Below are positions 28,930 through 39,520 of a DNA stretch of 64,000 bases, piece after piece. Source of the DNA: Methanobrevibacter sp. (GTDB lineage Archaea; Methanobacteriota; Methanobacteria; Methanobacteriales; Methanobacteriaceae); the NCBI GenBank assembly GCA_017553445.1, contig JAFZMD010000091.1:12164-76163 (forward strand), read 5' to 3'. The notes under the pieces are model-generated. The model ran no database searches. It was not told the DNA's origin and saw nothing but the letters and a program-made list of their open reading frames with translations. The translations under genes were made by a program, and so were the position numbers. The stretch's first letter is position 1. The number at the start of each line of letters is the position of its first letter.

Positions 28930-28976
28930 AACACCTAAAAAAAATAAAAAAAGAATAACTTATAATAATTATAAGT
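28930..28976 (-). terminator. 21-bp perfect palindrome plus T7-A-T8 after the histone gene (possible partial terminator just upstream of the mtaD SD)
   Basis: AACTTATAAT-A-ATTATAAGTT (28956-28976) overlaps the histone stop. On the minus strand it is followed by TTATTCTTTTTTTATTTTTTTT and then AGGTG-N-ATG of mtaD. Only 42 nt separate the two genes, so read-through is probably required. Confidence 0.35.
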
Positions 28977-29181
28977 TTAATTCGTTGACTGCGAATTTAA
29001 TATCCTCAGCTTTGATAGTTTTACGTTTTGCTAATCTTGCAGCTTCATTAGCTTTAATAGCAATGTTACGTGCGATTTCTTCTAATGCTTCAGCTAATTC
29101 AGTTTTTGCATCTTCGCTTACTCTTTCAGCACCAGTATCTTTAATGATTCTAGCAATAGGAGCTTTTGGTATTTCTGCCAT
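28969..29181 (-). CDS. Archaeal histone (HMf family)
   Basis: Start moved to ATG 29181 (MAEIPKAPIARIIKDTGAERVSEDA...) with GGTGA upstream. 70 aa histone fold with the RKTIKAEDI block. Confidence 0.9.
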   Translation of the reverse strand: MAEIPKAPIARIIKDTGAERVSEDAKTELAEALEEIARNIAIKANEAARLAKRKTIKAEDIKFAVNELNL

Positions 29182-29373
29182 ATTTTTCACCTCACTAAAA
29201 TTCAATTATTAACTTATGAGTAAATAGCTTTTCATAAGCTACTGTAATGTATTGAACTATGATATATTTAAATATTTTGGAATATTAAGGATAACCTAAA
29301 AATATTTCAAATGAAAAAAGTATTTTAAAGATATATATTAAATAAAATATATAAAGAAAAGAATGGTGTAGAG

Positions 29374-30234
29374 ATGAAATTAAAAATTGCAGTTCCATCT
29401 AAAGGAAGAATAAGTAATCCATCATTAGACATTTTAGAAAAAGCTGGATTAGGTTTAAAAGATAATAATAATCGAAAATTAATCTCAAAAACTCATAATG
29501 AAAATATTGACATAATGTTTGCAAGAGCATCAGATATTCCTGAGTTTGTATCTGATGGAATTGTTGATATGGGAATAAGTGGTATCGATTTAATAAAGGA
29601 AAGCGAAAGCGAAGTAATTGAATTGACAGATTTAAAATTCGGTCAGACAAAGCTTGTTTTAGCATCCCCTGAAGATTCACAAATTAACTCAATTGATGAT
29701 GTAACATCTGAAATGACAATAGCTACTGAATTTCCTACATTAACAAAAAAATACTTGGAAAAACATGATTTGGAATGTAAAATCGTTAAATTGAGTGGTT
29801 CAACTGAAGTTGCTCCGTTAATTGGTGTTGCTGATTTAATCACTGATTTGACCAGTACCGGAACCACATTAAAAATGAATCATTTGAAAATTATTGATAC
29901 GATTTTGGAAAGTACAATTGTTTTAATTACAAACGAAGAATCATTGAAAAGTAAAAAACAACTAGTTGAAGCTGTTAATAGAAGCATTAAAGGAGTAATC
30001 GATGCTTTTGGAAAAAAACTTATAATGATGAACGTTAAAAGTAAAGATTTAGAAGAAGTAAGAAAATTAATGCCTTCTATGGAAGGACCAACAGTATCTG
30101 AAGTTTTATCAAAAGAAGAAACCGTTGCAATACAAGCGGTTGTTGATGAAAGCCAAGTATTTGAACTTGTAAACGATTTAAGAAATGCAGGTGCTAAAGA
30201 TATTCTTGTAGTACCTATAGAAAGGATAATATGA
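29374..30234 (+). CDS. hisG: ATP phosphoribosyltransferase, long form
   Basis: 286 aa. MKLKIAVPSKGR, DLTSTGTTLK, and a C-terminal regulatory domain. Confidence 0.9.
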   Translation: MKLKIAVPSKGRISNPSLDILEKAGLGLKDNNNRKLISKTHNENIDIMFARASDIPEFVSDGIVDMGISGIDLIKESESEVIELTDLKFGQTKLVLASPEDSQINSIDDVTSEMTIATEFPTLTKKYLEKHDLECKIVKLSGSTEVAPLIGVADLITDLTSTGTTLKMNHLKIIDTILESTIVLITNEESLKSKKQLVEAVNRSIKGVIDAFGKKLIMMNVKSKDLEEVRKLMPSMEGPTVSEVLSKEETVAIQAVVDESQVFELVNDLRNAGAKDILVVPIERII

Positions 30235-30728
30235 AAATCGCTATAATATACTCAACACTCATTAAGGATTCGAAGGAATCAGCTAAAATGTTAAAGGAAT
30301 TAATCAATTCAGAAGTGGTGCTGATTTCAATCGAGAACGTGAAGGATGTTTGCCTTTTGAAGTATAACCTTATTATTCTAGGGGGATCAACCTACAACAA
30401 TAAGGTTCAGGGACTGTTTAAAAGATACATGTCAAGAAACATCAAAACACTGCTTGAAAAGCCTCATGCATTATATCTAAATAGTGATGAAAATATAGAC
30501 ATAAACATTAATTTGAATAAAGTATTTACAAGAGAAATTATAGAATCTTCAATCGTATCCCTAAACTTTGGTTATAACATTAACACAGATACTGGAAACT
30601 TCATAGAAAGAAGAAAATCTAAAAAACTTATTGAAAAAAACAACAATGAAATACCTTCTCTAAACAAAAGGAAAATCGAAGAATTTGCAAGAGCAATTAA
30701 TGATTTAATTAAAAAAAGGGTTGATTAA
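30231..30728 (+). CDS. Flavodoxin-like domain protein
   Basis: MKIAIIYST...IILGGSTY pattern. ATGA overlap with hisG. Confidence 0.5.
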   Translation: MKIAIIYSTLIKDSKESAKMLKELINSEVVLISIENVKDVCLLKYNLIILGGSTYNNKVQGLFKRYMSRNIKTLLEKPHALYLNSDENIDININLNKVFTREIIESSIVSLNFGYNINTDTGNFIERRKSKKLIEKNNNEIPSLNKRKIEEFARAINDLIKKRVD

Positions 30729-31656
30729 AATTTTTAAAATTAAAAATATAATATCAATAAAGGATTTTGAAAGATCAGACATTGATTATATCTTAGATGA
30801 AGCATCAAAATTAGAAAACATTGCCAAATCAAGAGAAATTTCAGAAGAGTTAAAAGGAAAAATCTTAGGATTGATGTTTTTTGAACCATCCACCAGAACA
30901 AAAATGTCATTTGAAACATCAATGAAACGATTAAGTGGTGAATGTATAGGTTTTGAAAACACAGGCTCTTCAAGCGTGTCCAAAGGAGAAAGTATAGCAG
31001 ATACAGCTAAAATGTTTGAAGGATATTGTGATGCACTGGTAATAAGGCATGAATTAGAAGGAGTATCAAAATTCATTTCAGATATTGTGAGTGTTCCCGT
31101 TATCAATGCAGGTGATGGAGCAGGTCAACACCCAACCCAAACATTGCTGGATTTATATACAATAAAAGAAGAGATATGTTCTATAGATAATTTAAAAATC
31201 GCATTAATTGGAGACTTGAAATATGGACGTACAGTTCATTCACTAGCAAATGCCTTAACATTATATGATAATGTGGAACTTTATTTCGTATCTCCACCAG
31301 AGCTAAAAATGCCTCAGGAAATTCTTCATGATTTGGACAAAACAAATATATCCTATACAGAAGTATCAAAAATTTCAGATATCATTGACAATGTAGATGT
31401 GCTATACGTTACAAGAATACAGAAAGAACGCTTTGGAGACATTGATGATTATCTACAAATAAAAGGTGCATATATAATTGACAAAAAAATGCTGGAAGGT
31501 AAAGACTTAATCGTTATGCATCCCTTACCTAGAATTGATGAAATTAATGGTGATGTGGATGATACAAAATACAACAAGTATTTCACCCAAGCAGCTAATG
31601 CTGTTCCTGTGAGAATGGCTATTTTAAAAACATTGATAAAAAACAATCCTAAATAG
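30721..31656 (+). CDS. pyrB: Aspartate carbamoyltransferase catalytic subunit
   Basis: [28 protein letters not shown]. There is no in-frame ATG near the N-terminus, so TTG 30721 is assumed (8-nt overlap with the upstream gene). Confidence 0.9.
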   Translation: MIKIFKIKNIISIKDFERSDIDYILDEASKLENIAKSREISEELKGKILGLMFFEPSTRTKMSFETSMKRLSGECIGFENTGSSSVSKGESIADTAKMFEGYCDALVIRHELEGVSKFISDIVSVPVINAGDGAGQHPTQTLLDLYTIKEEICSIDNLKIALIGDLKYGRTVHSLANALTLYDNVELYFVSPPELKMPQEILHDLDKTNISYTEVSKISDIIDNVDVLYVTRIQKERFGDIDDYLQIKGAYIIDKKMLEGKDLIVMHPLPRIDEINGDVDDTKYNKYFTQAANAVPVRMAILKTLIKNNPK

Positions 31657-32803
31657 GTGAATATAAACTTGATTCAAGTAAGTCTTCATCACATTGAAGC
31701 TTGATAATATTTGTCCTACCTTTTCCACGACCGCGTGAAATGGTATTTGTTGAAATGATACCTAACATTTCAAGTTCATTGATGAAATCAAAGATTCTTC
31801 TATATGTAACAGCATCCTTTTTGGAAACCTCAGTATACGCTTCATATAATTTTCCTGAAGTGATTTCCTCTTTTTCATTGGTTAATTTTAAAATAGCTTC
31901 CAAAACCCTTTGCTGTTGAGTTGGAAGTGTTTTTACAACATCTACAAATTTATCATGCTCAATTCTATCTTTAGCCATTCTGACATGTTCACTTCTAATA
32001 GTTTGTGAACCTTCCTCTTCAGCTATAAAACCAGAAGTTTTTAATAAATCAAGTGCAAATCTTGCATCCCCTTCTTCCTTGGCAGCCATTGCAGAACATA
32101 ATGGAATTACATCACTTTCAACAACGCCTTCATTGAAAGCCATTTTAGCCCTTTCATTTAAAATATCAGTCAACTGGCTTGCACCATAAGGAGGAAATAC
32201 AATCTCTTTATCATTCAAACTACTGGTTACCCTTGACTTGATTAATCCTTTAAAGTCTAAGAAATTACTGATTGATAAAATTGAAACATTATCCGTTCTT
32301 GTTAATGTGTATAATATTCCATCGCCATCTTTATTAAGCAAAATATCAATTTCGTCTAAAATAACAATCAAGATAAGCTTTTTTCCAAAAGCATTAGTCC
32401 GGAATATATCACGAAAAGTGTTTACTACTTCCGCTTTGGTCCATCCCCTGTGGGGAACATCACGACCAAGTTTTTGACATAATTGAGCCAAAACCTGATA
32501 TTCAGTTGTATAATCAGTACATCTTATATATTCAATTTTAATAAAAACATCCTGATCTGCTGAAAATTCCAATAATTGGGAACGTGCAAACTTTGCTGCA
32601 GCAGTTTTTCCAGTACCTGTCTTACCATAAATTGTAATGTTTGATGGGGTTACATCATTCAATGCATCAACCCAATATCTCGCTATCTGAGTTACCTGAT
32701 CTTCTCTGTGTAATAATCTTTCAGGTAAAAACCTATGATCCAAAGGTTTTTTATCCTTAAATATTACATTTTCATTTTGAATGTTTTCAAAAATATTCGC
32801 CAT
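31649..32803 (-). CDS. cdc6: Orc1/Cdc6 replication initiator
   Basis: Start moved to ATG 32803 (MANIFENIQ) with GAGGAA upstream. Walker A GKTGTGKT, Walker B ILDEID, C-terminal winged helix. Confidence 0.9.
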   Translation of the reverse strand: MANIFENIQNENVIFKDKKPLDHRFLPERLLHREDQVTQIARYWVDALNDVTPSNITIYGKTGTGKTAAAKFARSQLLEFSADQDVFIKIEYIRCTDYTTEYQVLAQLCQKLGRDVPHRGWTKAEVVNTFRDIFRTNAFGKKLILIVILDEIDILLNKDGDGILYTLTRTDNVSILSISNFLDFKGLIKSRVTSSLNDKEIVFPPYGASQLTDILNERAKMAFNEGVVESDVIPLCSAMAAKEEGDARFALDLLKTSGFIAEEEGSQTIRSEHVRMAKDRIEHDKFVDVVKTLPTQQQRVLEAILKLTNEKEEITSGKLYEAYTEVSKKDAVTYRRIFDFINELEMLGIISTNTISRGRGKGRTNIIKLQCDEDLLESSLYSPI

Positions 32804-33079
32804 TTCCTCACCCATAAAAATTATAAAAAATAGAAAAATCACATAAGTATAATTTCCAGTGTTAATATATAATCAAGCTATTTAATAAACTTTTTCATTA
32901 AAAAATTGGTAAAATGTTATAATGTTGAGTACAATGTAAAAAATTAAATACATCAGAGCTATTTTTTTATCCATTAAATCGACAAGAAGTGTTATTTCAT
33001 TTAAAAAAATTAATAATTATTCTTTATTTTTAAAATAAATGAATATAGTTTATTTATGTTTTTTGTAAAAATAGAGTAC

Positions 33080-33455
33080 CATTTCAATTATAAAAGTACT
33101 ATTTCAAATGTAAAAATTAGGCATAATACATGTAAATCATTGCCCAATCAGCCTATGGGAAAAAATTTCAATATAATTATCATGATTTGTCACAGAGAGT
33201 GAGGGATATGTTTCAAGTGTAAAGAAATTATGCAAAAAGACAAAATCATGACATGTGTTTCAAGTGTAAAGAAAAAATTCAATTTTTAAAAATATGTTTA
33301 AATTAAAAATAATCGAAAATAAAGCTTTTATTTTAGATTTTAAGCAAAAAAAATTAAGGTGTGTTTCAAGTGTTTTTTTCACTTGAAATATACCTCTTCA
33401 TTCTTAATATACCTTCGTTAGTGTTTCACTTGAAATAAATGTCCCTCTCTCTAGA
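33080..33455. other. Chromosomal replication origin (oriC) with ORB/mini-ORB repeats and an AT-rich unwinding element
   Basis: TTTCAAGTGTAAA at 33211-33223 and 33258-33270. Palindrome TTTCAAGTG-TTTTTTT-CACTTGAAA at 33364-33388. Inverted CACTTGAAA at 33427-33435. Degenerate copies at 33082 and 33102. Long inverted elements AGAGAGTGAGGGATATGTTTCAAGTG (33194-33219) and CACTTGAAATAAATGTCCCTCTCTCT (33427-33452). The stretch 33271-33357 is almost pure AT. The region lies directly upstream of cdc6. Confidence 0.75.
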
Positions 33456-33942
33456 TGAACATGGAATTTTCATTTGAAGGTTCTGTAGGTTTATGTTTTA
33501 TACTACCAAAAGTCTTTTCAATTAACCATACACATTGTATTTTTGCTTTAAATACTCTTTTAAATGCATCAAATAAATTATTTTTTGTTATACCATCATC
33601 AAAAATCTGATATGTAATAACATATTGCTGTAATATATTGGAATTTTGTTCGACAGCTAATTGACAATCAACTAAAAACTGGTTAATAGACATATTTGCA
33701 TCCAATAAAAAATCATGTCTTACTTCAGGAGAACTGGCAGCCATCAACTCCAAATGCTGTGGTGAAACCTGAGTTGCACAGGCAATAATAACAAAATCCT
33801 TACCTTTAGGCCTAACAACATCCATTATATTATCCTTAGGAAATTCAATAATATAGTGAAAATCAGCATTGTCATCTAATTTTTTTTCTCTGAAGATTCC
33901 TTCATCCACAATCCAGTTTTTAATTTTTTCTTCTTTAATCAT
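33451..33942 (-). CDS. Conserved archaeal hypothetical protein (DUF2299-like)
   Basis: 163-aa ORF with good coding appearance. The family assignment is from recall only. The stop codon lies inside the right-hand ORB element. Confidence 0.45.
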   Translation of the reverse strand: MIKEEKIKNWIVDEGIFREKKLDDNADFHYIIEFPKDNIMDVVRPKGKDFVIIACATQVSPQHLELMAASSPEVRHDFLLDANMSINQFLVDCQLAVEQNSNILQQYVITYQIFDDGITKNNLFDAFKRVFKAKIQCVWLIEKTFGSIKHKPTEPSNENSMFI

Positions 33943-34010
33943 AATATCACTATTTTATTTTTTTAATTAAATAATAAAATATTTATTTTTTTATATAAAT
34001 ATTATTTATC

Positions 34011-34985
34011 ATGTTAGAAGTTTATTATTTTATTGTTATAACATTCTCTATCAGCTTAATGATAGATTTAATTTACGGTGAACTTCCAACAAAAATACAT
34101 CCTGTTGTTATAGTCGGAAAAATCATTGATTTGTTCAAAAATTCTTTTATTAAATATCATAATAAATGGTCTGGTTTTTTAACGACATTTTTCACGATTG
34201 TTTTTTCCTGTCTAATATTATTAGTTGTAATGTTAATTTCTTCAGTCAATGATTATCTTTTCATAATTTTGTATTCAATTATTTTGTCATCAACATATTC
34301 AATTAAGATGCTTTTATCAACAGCTAAAAATATTGAAAATGACTTGAAGACAGATCTTGATAAGGCTAGGCAATCCGTTTCATATCTTGTCAGTCGTGAC
34401 ACTGATGAGTTGACAGAAAGTTTTATTGTTTCTGCAACAATTGAAAGTATGACAGAAAACATAACAGACTCTTATGTTGCTCCAATTTTTTATTTTATTA
34501 TAATTTCAATCATTTTCATGATATTCAACATTAATTATTATATTATTTTATTGTTCATTCCATTCATTTACAGAATTTCTAACACGCTTGATGCGATGCT
34601 TGGATATACAACAGATGAATTAATCAACATAGGTTTTATTCCAGCAAAATTGGATGATATCCTAAATTATATTCCATCAAGAATATCTGGATTATTTGTT
34701 GTCTTATCAGCTTATTTATTAAGATATAATGGAAAAAATGCTTATAAAATAATGAAAAGAGATGCAAAAAATTGTCCAAGCCCTAACTCAGGATATACAA
34801 TGGCTCCAACGGCAGGAGCTTTAGATATACAATTAGTAAAAAAAGAGACTTATATCTTAGGTGACAATACAAATGAAATTAATGTCTCTGATATTTCAAA
34901 GGCAATCAAATTAACGTCATTAACAATTGCATTGTTTACAATATTTATATTAATTATAATGACCATAGTTCAAGTGATAATATGA
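34011..34985 (+). CDS. cbiB: Adenosylcobinamide-phosphate synthase CbiB/CobD
   Basis: Polytopic 324 aa. LIYGELPTKIHPVVIVGK is an N-terminal CbiB signature. SPNSGYTMAPTAGAL. Confidence 0.85.
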   Translation: MLEVYYFIVITFSISLMIDLIYGELPTKIHPVVIVGKIIDLFKNSFIKYHNKWSGFLTTFFTIVFSCLILLVVMLISSVNDYLFIILYSIILSSTYSIKMLLSTAKNIENDLKTDLDKARQSVSYLVSRDTDELTESFIVSATIESMTENITDSYVAPIFYFIIISIIFMIFNINYYIILLFIPFIYRISNTLDAMLGYTTDELINIGFIPAKLDDILNYIPSRISGLFVVLSAYLLRYNGKNAYKIMKRDAKNCPSPNSGYTMAPTAGALDIQLVKKETYILGDNTNEINVSDISKAIKLTSLTIALFTIFILIIMTIVQVII

Positions 34986-35995
34986 AATTAGCAATTTTAT
35001 CTGTTTCCAAAAAAGGTTATGATTTATCATTAAAATTAAAAAATGAATTAGATAATGATTCAACGATAATAAAGTGCGATATTTATCATAAAGATGTTAA
35101 AAAAACATTTAATTTATTATTTTATGAATATGATGCGATAATTGCTATAATGGCTTCTGGTATATTAATAAGAAGTATTTCACATTTGCTTGAATCTAAA
35201 ACAACAGATCCAGCTATTTTAAATATCGATGACAATGGAAATTTTGTAATAAGCATGCTTTCAGGTCATTTGGGCGGAGCAAATCAATTGACGTCGAAAA
35301 TTGCTGAATTAATTAATGCAATTCCTGTTATTACAACATCTACAGATGTAAATAACAAATTGGGAATTGATGTATTAGCAAAAGATTTATATTTATCAAT
35401 TGATAATACAAAAGAGATTTTATTTTTCAATAAATCAATTTTAGATGGAAAAAAAGTTTCTTTTACAGTTAACAGTAATGGAAATTATGATTATTTATTT
35501 GATTATTTATCTAATAATACACTTGAAATAGATGTTTCAATTTATTTTTCAAGCAAGGTAAATGATGGTGAAATAGAAGCAGAATGTGATAATCATAAAA
35601 TTATATTGAAACCACAAACGATTGTATTTGGAATAGGATGCAGACGTGGTAAATCAAGGGATGATATAAAAAAAGCTGTTCAGATAGTATTGAATGATTT
35701 GGATATTGATATTTCAAGAATCAACAGGTTTTCATCAGCAGAAATTAAAAAAGATGAAAAAGGCATTCTTGATTTGTCAGAAGAATTGAATATTCCTGTT
35801 AATTTTGTTGAGTTGGACAAGTTGAAACTTTTTGAATCAAAGGATATTCAAAAATCAGAATTTGTAATGTCAAAATTTGGAATTCCAGGGGTTTGTGAGC
35901 CGTCAGCATTGATTACGGCAGGATATGATTCAAAATTGATATATAAAAAAACGGCTTTTGATGGGGTTACTATTTCTGTGGCTTTGTCAAAATAA
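34982..35995 (+). CDS. cbiG: Cobalt-precorrin-5A hydrolase CbiG
   Basis: 337 aa. SGHLGGAN and GIGCRRGK blocks. 4-nt overlap with cbiB. Confidence 0.85.
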   Translation: MKLAILSVSKKGYDLSLKLKNELDNDSTIIKCDIYHKDVKKTFNLLFYEYDAIIAIMASGILIRSISHLLESKTTDPAILNIDDNGNFVISMLSGHLGGANQLTSKIAELINAIPVITTSTDVNNKLGIDVLAKDLYLSIDNTKEILFFNKSILDGKKVSFTVNSNGNYDYLFDYLSNNTLEIDVSIYFSSKVNDGEIEAECDNHKIILKPQTIVFGIGCRRGKSRDDIKKAVQIVLNDLDIDISRINRFSSAEIKKDEKGILDLSEELNIPVNFVELDKLKLFESKDIQKSEFVMSKFGIPGVCEPSALITAGYDSKLIYKKTAFDGVTISVALSK

Positions 35996-36012
35996 AAAAA
36001 TAATTAAATAAA

Positions 36013-36261
36013 TTAGATAGCCTCTAATTTAGATAATACTTCCCAAATTAAAGTTCTTGCATGAACTGGGATATTTGGATCATTACTAATTTCATCTAAT
36101 TTTCCTAAAACAGTACTTATTCTAACAGATTGATCTTTTTCATCATCTTTCAAGAGTTTATTAGATTCATTAGCTGCTTCTCTGATGTTACGTGGAACAC
36201 TATTTTCATTCATGATATATTCTAGTATTTCACATACTTCGTCAATATTTTGATTGCTCAT
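36013..36261 (-). CDS. UPF0147-family small protein
   Basis: 82 aa. SVPRNIREAA...DPNIPVHARTLIW pattern. Confidence 0.7.
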   Translation of the reverse strand: MSNQNIDEVCEILEYIMNENSVPRNIREAANESNKLLKDDEKDQSVRISTVLGKLDEISNDPNIPVHARTLIWEVLSKLEAI

Positions 36262-36405
36262 AAAACTTCCCCTCCAAAATTAAATTAAAAAAAGTTTTAG
36301 AATAATATAAAGATATATGTTATCTTTTAATATATAATTGTTTGTGATTAATCGAATATTCTACATAGAAAAGTATATATTAAGTTAATAAATAACCTAT
36401 ATAAT

Positions 36406-36561
36406 ATGTCAGATGTAAGCAAAACTACAATAAATTTACCAAGTGATTTGAAAAAAGAACTTAAAATTATGGCTATTCGTGAAGACACTTCATTATCAGG
36501 ATTAATATTAAAAATGATTAATGAAGGCTACGAATCAAGAAGAAAAGATTCAGATGAATGA
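36406..36561 (+). CDS. Ribbon-helix-helix (CopG/ParG/antitoxin-like) small DNA-binding protein, 51 aa, below the ORF-track cutoff
   Basis: ATG 36406 ... TGA 36559-36561 translates to MSDVSKTTINLPSDLKKELKIMAIREDTSLSGLILKMINEGYESRRKDSDE. Strand TTINLP, helix SDLKKELKIMAIRE, turn DTS, helix LSGLILKMINEGY. Confidence 0.6.
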   Translation: MSDVSKTTINLPSDLKKELKIMAIREDTSLSGLILKMINEGYESRRKDSDE

Positions 36562-36563
36562 TA

Positions 36564-37139
36564 TTATTTAATATCTTTCACTGAATTTAACATTATTGAA
36601 ACAAATTGGGTTTTTGCAGCCTCTTCTATGAAAATTGCAAGTGATTCTGCTTCTTTTAAATTTTCACCGACACATAAAGTACCATGCTTTTTTAAAATTA
36701 ATGCATCATTTTCAACGATGCTTTCAGATGCTTTTAAAGCAAGTTCTTTACTACCTGGTTTTTCAAATTGGACACTTGACAAGTTTGTGTTATAGAATTT
36801 ACAATAATCCTCTAATATTTTTAGTTTATCGTAATTAAATGAAAATCCTGTAGCATAAGGAGAATGTGTATGGACGATTGCATTAACATCCTTTCTTTTT
36901 TTATAAATTCCTATATGCATTCCGACTTCTGATGAAGGTGTACCTTTTGTTAATGAATTTCCATCCATATCAACTAAAACAATATCTTTTTCATCCAGTC
37001 CATTAATTGGTTTTAAAGTAGGTGTGATTGCAATATAATCGCCAAGTCTAATACTTACATTTCCGGATTTACCTGAAACTAATCGCTTTTCATAAATATT
37101 ATTACAAACTTCTATTAATTTTGAAATATCGTCATTCAT
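36564..37139 (-). CDS. Class II aldolase/adducin-domain protein (fuculose-phosphate aldolase-like)
   Basis: 191 aa. SGKSGNVS, SSEVGMH, VHTHSPYAT. Confidence 0.8.
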   Translation of the reverse strand: MNDDISKLIEVCNNIYEKRLVSGKSGNVSIRLGDYIAITPTLKPINGLDEKDIVLVDMDGNSLTKGTPSSEVGMHIGIYKKRKDVNAIVHTHSPYATGFSFNYDKLKILEDYCKFYNTNLSSVQFEKPGSKELALKASESIVENDALILKKHGTLCVGENLKEAESLAIFIEEAAKTQFVSIMLNSVKDIK

Positions 37140-37147
37140 ATTATCAC

Positions 37148-38785
37148 TTAGTCAATGAATCTAAATAGTTTATACTGTCCTTTATCTATTACTGGAACTT
37201 GAGCGGGAGTAGGCTCTATATTTTTAATCTTTTGATATTCTGTCTGAGTCTGAAAAGTTCCTGAATTAATCATATGAATGCCATTATATTTTTTATAGGA
37301 ATTGATGTGAATATGTCCTGTATGGAAAATGTCAGGAATCTCTTCAATAACTAAATAATCTTCTAATTCTGAAGCTAATGGTGTTCTTTCACCATAAATA
37401 GGAGCTAAATGTCTTTTTTTTAGAAGTTCTTCCATCATAAATTCATTTTTTTCATATGACAATCCCTTAATGGCCATAGGTAACTCATTGAAACTTTCTC
37501 CATGGTAAATCAAAACATGAATGCCGTCGAGTGACACTACGGCAGGATTACTTACAAATTCAACATTGTTTAGCTTATATAATGATTTAGCATATTCTTC
37601 TGGAACAGCAGGCTGTGGCTCTGCAAGTCTTGAAGCATCGTGGTTTCCAGGAGTGATTATAATTTTAATGTCACTTCTAATATTTCCTAAAAATCTTGCA
37701 GCTTCATCATATTGTTTGCGAATGTCTTTAATTGACAGTTCCTTATCCTGATTTGGATAGACACCAATACCGTCAACTATATCACCGGCAACGATTAGGT
37801 ATTTAACATCTTCAGCAACTTTTCTCTGTTCTTCATTACCATATTCACAGTTAATCCAATCAATAAACTTTTGAAATGCATCTTCAAGGAAAGTTAAGCT
37901 TCCAATGTGGACATCAGATAGAAATACTATTCCAAAGTCCATTTCTTTTTCTTCTATTCTTGTAACGCCCGGATAAATTAACTGATTTGCAATTACAAAA
38001 TCACCGTCCTTATTTGCTATGACACCAACTACTTCATCCCTAACCAGTTTTTCAGCGTCAGCAAACAATTCTTCATTTTTATTGGAGAATAAAATGGATA
38101 TTGATCCCGTATCATCTTCAAATTCTATGAACTTATGTCCATTTTTGGTGGATCTGATTTCCTTAACCATTAAAATAAGATTCAATGTAGTTTGGCCGTC
38201 TTCAATATCAGCGACTTTTGTAGTCATTTTCAAGTCAGGCCTTTGCTTTAATATTTTACTTAACTTTTCATATCTTGACTGGAAATATGTAATCAGGTCT
38301 CCAATCTCTCCGCTTGTATAGGATTTGTTTGAGCTGTCCTGCAATACTTCAAAATCATATTCGACATTAATCTTTTCTAAGTTCCTTTTAAATTCAATTT
38401 TAGCGTCTTCAATTTTTTCAGAATCTTTCTTTTTTACAATTCCATCAATAGATTCATCTTTTTTATCATCTCTAATATCTGATTTTGAATTGTTTGAATC
38501 TTTAGTTTCCTGAGTTGATTGTGAATCACTGTCAGTTTCTTCTTCAGGAGAATTGTCTTTTTCTGTTGATTCTTCACTGGAAGTGTTAATGTTACCTGTA
38601 ATTTCATCTATTATTTTACCGTTAACTGAAATTAAGTCTACAGGTTTGAAATCATTGCTTTTTAATTTAACAATCAATTCTGAAGCAAAATTTAGCGGAT
38701 TATCTGATTTTATTACTTTAGCGTAAGCATCAGGTGATAAATTAATTCCTTTTTTTGCAAATTTAAGTAAAATATTCTTTGTCAT
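37148..38785 (-). CDS. DNA polymerase II (PolD) small subunit DP1
   Basis: 545 aa. Calcineurin-like phosphoesterase motifs SDVHIGS, AGDIVDG, GNHDA, HTGHIH. OB-fold region. N-terminal acidic/Ser-rich linker. Confidence 0.9.
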   Translation of the reverse strand: MTKNILLKFAKKGINLSPDAYAKVIKSDNPLNFASELIVKLKSNDFKPVDLISVNGKIIDEITGNINTSSEESTEKDNSPEEETDSDSQSTQETKDSNNSKSDIRDDKKDESIDGIVKKKDSEKIEDAKIEFKRNLEKINVEYDFEVLQDSSNKSYTSGEIGDLITYFQSRYEKLSKILKQRPDLKMTTKVADIEDGQTTLNLILMVKEIRSTKNGHKFIEFEDDTGSISILFSNKNEELFADAEKLVRDEVVGVIANKDGDFVIANQLIYPGVTRIEEKEMDFGIVFLSDVHIGSLTFLEDAFQKFIDWINCEYGNEEQRKVAEDVKYLIVAGDIVDGIGVYPNQDKELSIKDIRKQYDEAARFLGNIRSDIKIIITPGNHDASRLAEPQPAVPEEYAKSLYKLNNVEFVSNPAVVSLDGIHVLIYHGESFNELPMAIKGLSYEKNEFMMEELLKKRHLAPIYGERTPLASELEDYLVIEEIPDIFHTGHIHINSYKKYNGIHMINSGTFQTQTEYQKIKNIEPTPAQVPVIDKGQYKLFRFID

Positions 38786-39016
38786 ATTAGTTTAAATTTT
38801 AATTTTCAATGTTTATAAACTTTGACAATATGGAAAAGTTATATTTTTTAGTCAGGTTATTTTCAGGGATATGGTAAAAAATAAAATTACTTATAAAAAA
38901 TAAGATTAAAGATTTACTCTTTCGATAAATTGATAATAGTATTATTAGTTATATTTATTATATATTAAAAATAAAATTAGTATATTATATTGTTATTTAA
39001 TGAATGATGTGATAAT

Positions 39017-39511
39017 ATGGGAAAAGTACTTAGAATATTACTAGTAATCGTATTATTTATAATATTTTTTGAAGTAGGATTATTTAGTTCATATACAATT
39101 GTCACAGCAGAAGTTCCTGATGTTAGAGGATTAATTGATATGCAGATTGAAGAAATATCTAATATATTTAGCCCTCAACATGTAAACGATGTGCTTATTA
39201 AGGATCCGACAAATGTTAATTTTTCAAACAAAAAGGATGTAGCGCTTAAAATGGAAGAGATTTCGAATGTTGATGGTGTCAATGTCGATTCAATGAATGC
39301 ATCAACCTATGAAGACACAAGTAATGATAAGTTTAATATTACTATTGAAGCATTGGGCTATGCTGAGCCTAATTCAACATCCGGACAAATTGTTATCAGT
39401 CAAAAGCCTTCATATAAGGTAATTGTTTCTTCTGTTGCTTCGTATAAGAATGATGAGCTAATAGTCGATACAGATCAAATGAAAGTAGATTCAGTATTAA
39501 AATTGTTTTAA
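39017..39511 (+). CDS. Hypothetical membrane-anchored protein
   Basis: 164 aa with a single N-terminal hydrophobic segment ILLVIVLFIIFFEVGLF. Confidence 0.45.
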   Translation: MGKVLRILLVIVLFIIFFEVGLFSSYTIVTAEVPDVRGLIDMQIEEISNIFSPQHVNDVLIKDPTNVNFSNKKDVALKMEEISNVDGVNVDSMNASTYEDTSNDKFNITIEALGYAEPNSTSGQIVISQKPSYKVIVSSVASYKNDELIVDTDQMKVDSVLKLF

Positions 39512-39520
39512 GGTAAAAAA

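Noticed and set aside
28930-28976. Strong intrinsic terminator for the histone gene
   Set aside because: It is kept only as a low-confidence feature. mtaD starts 42 nt downstream with its SD right after the T-tract, so complete termination here would leave mtaD without a promoter.
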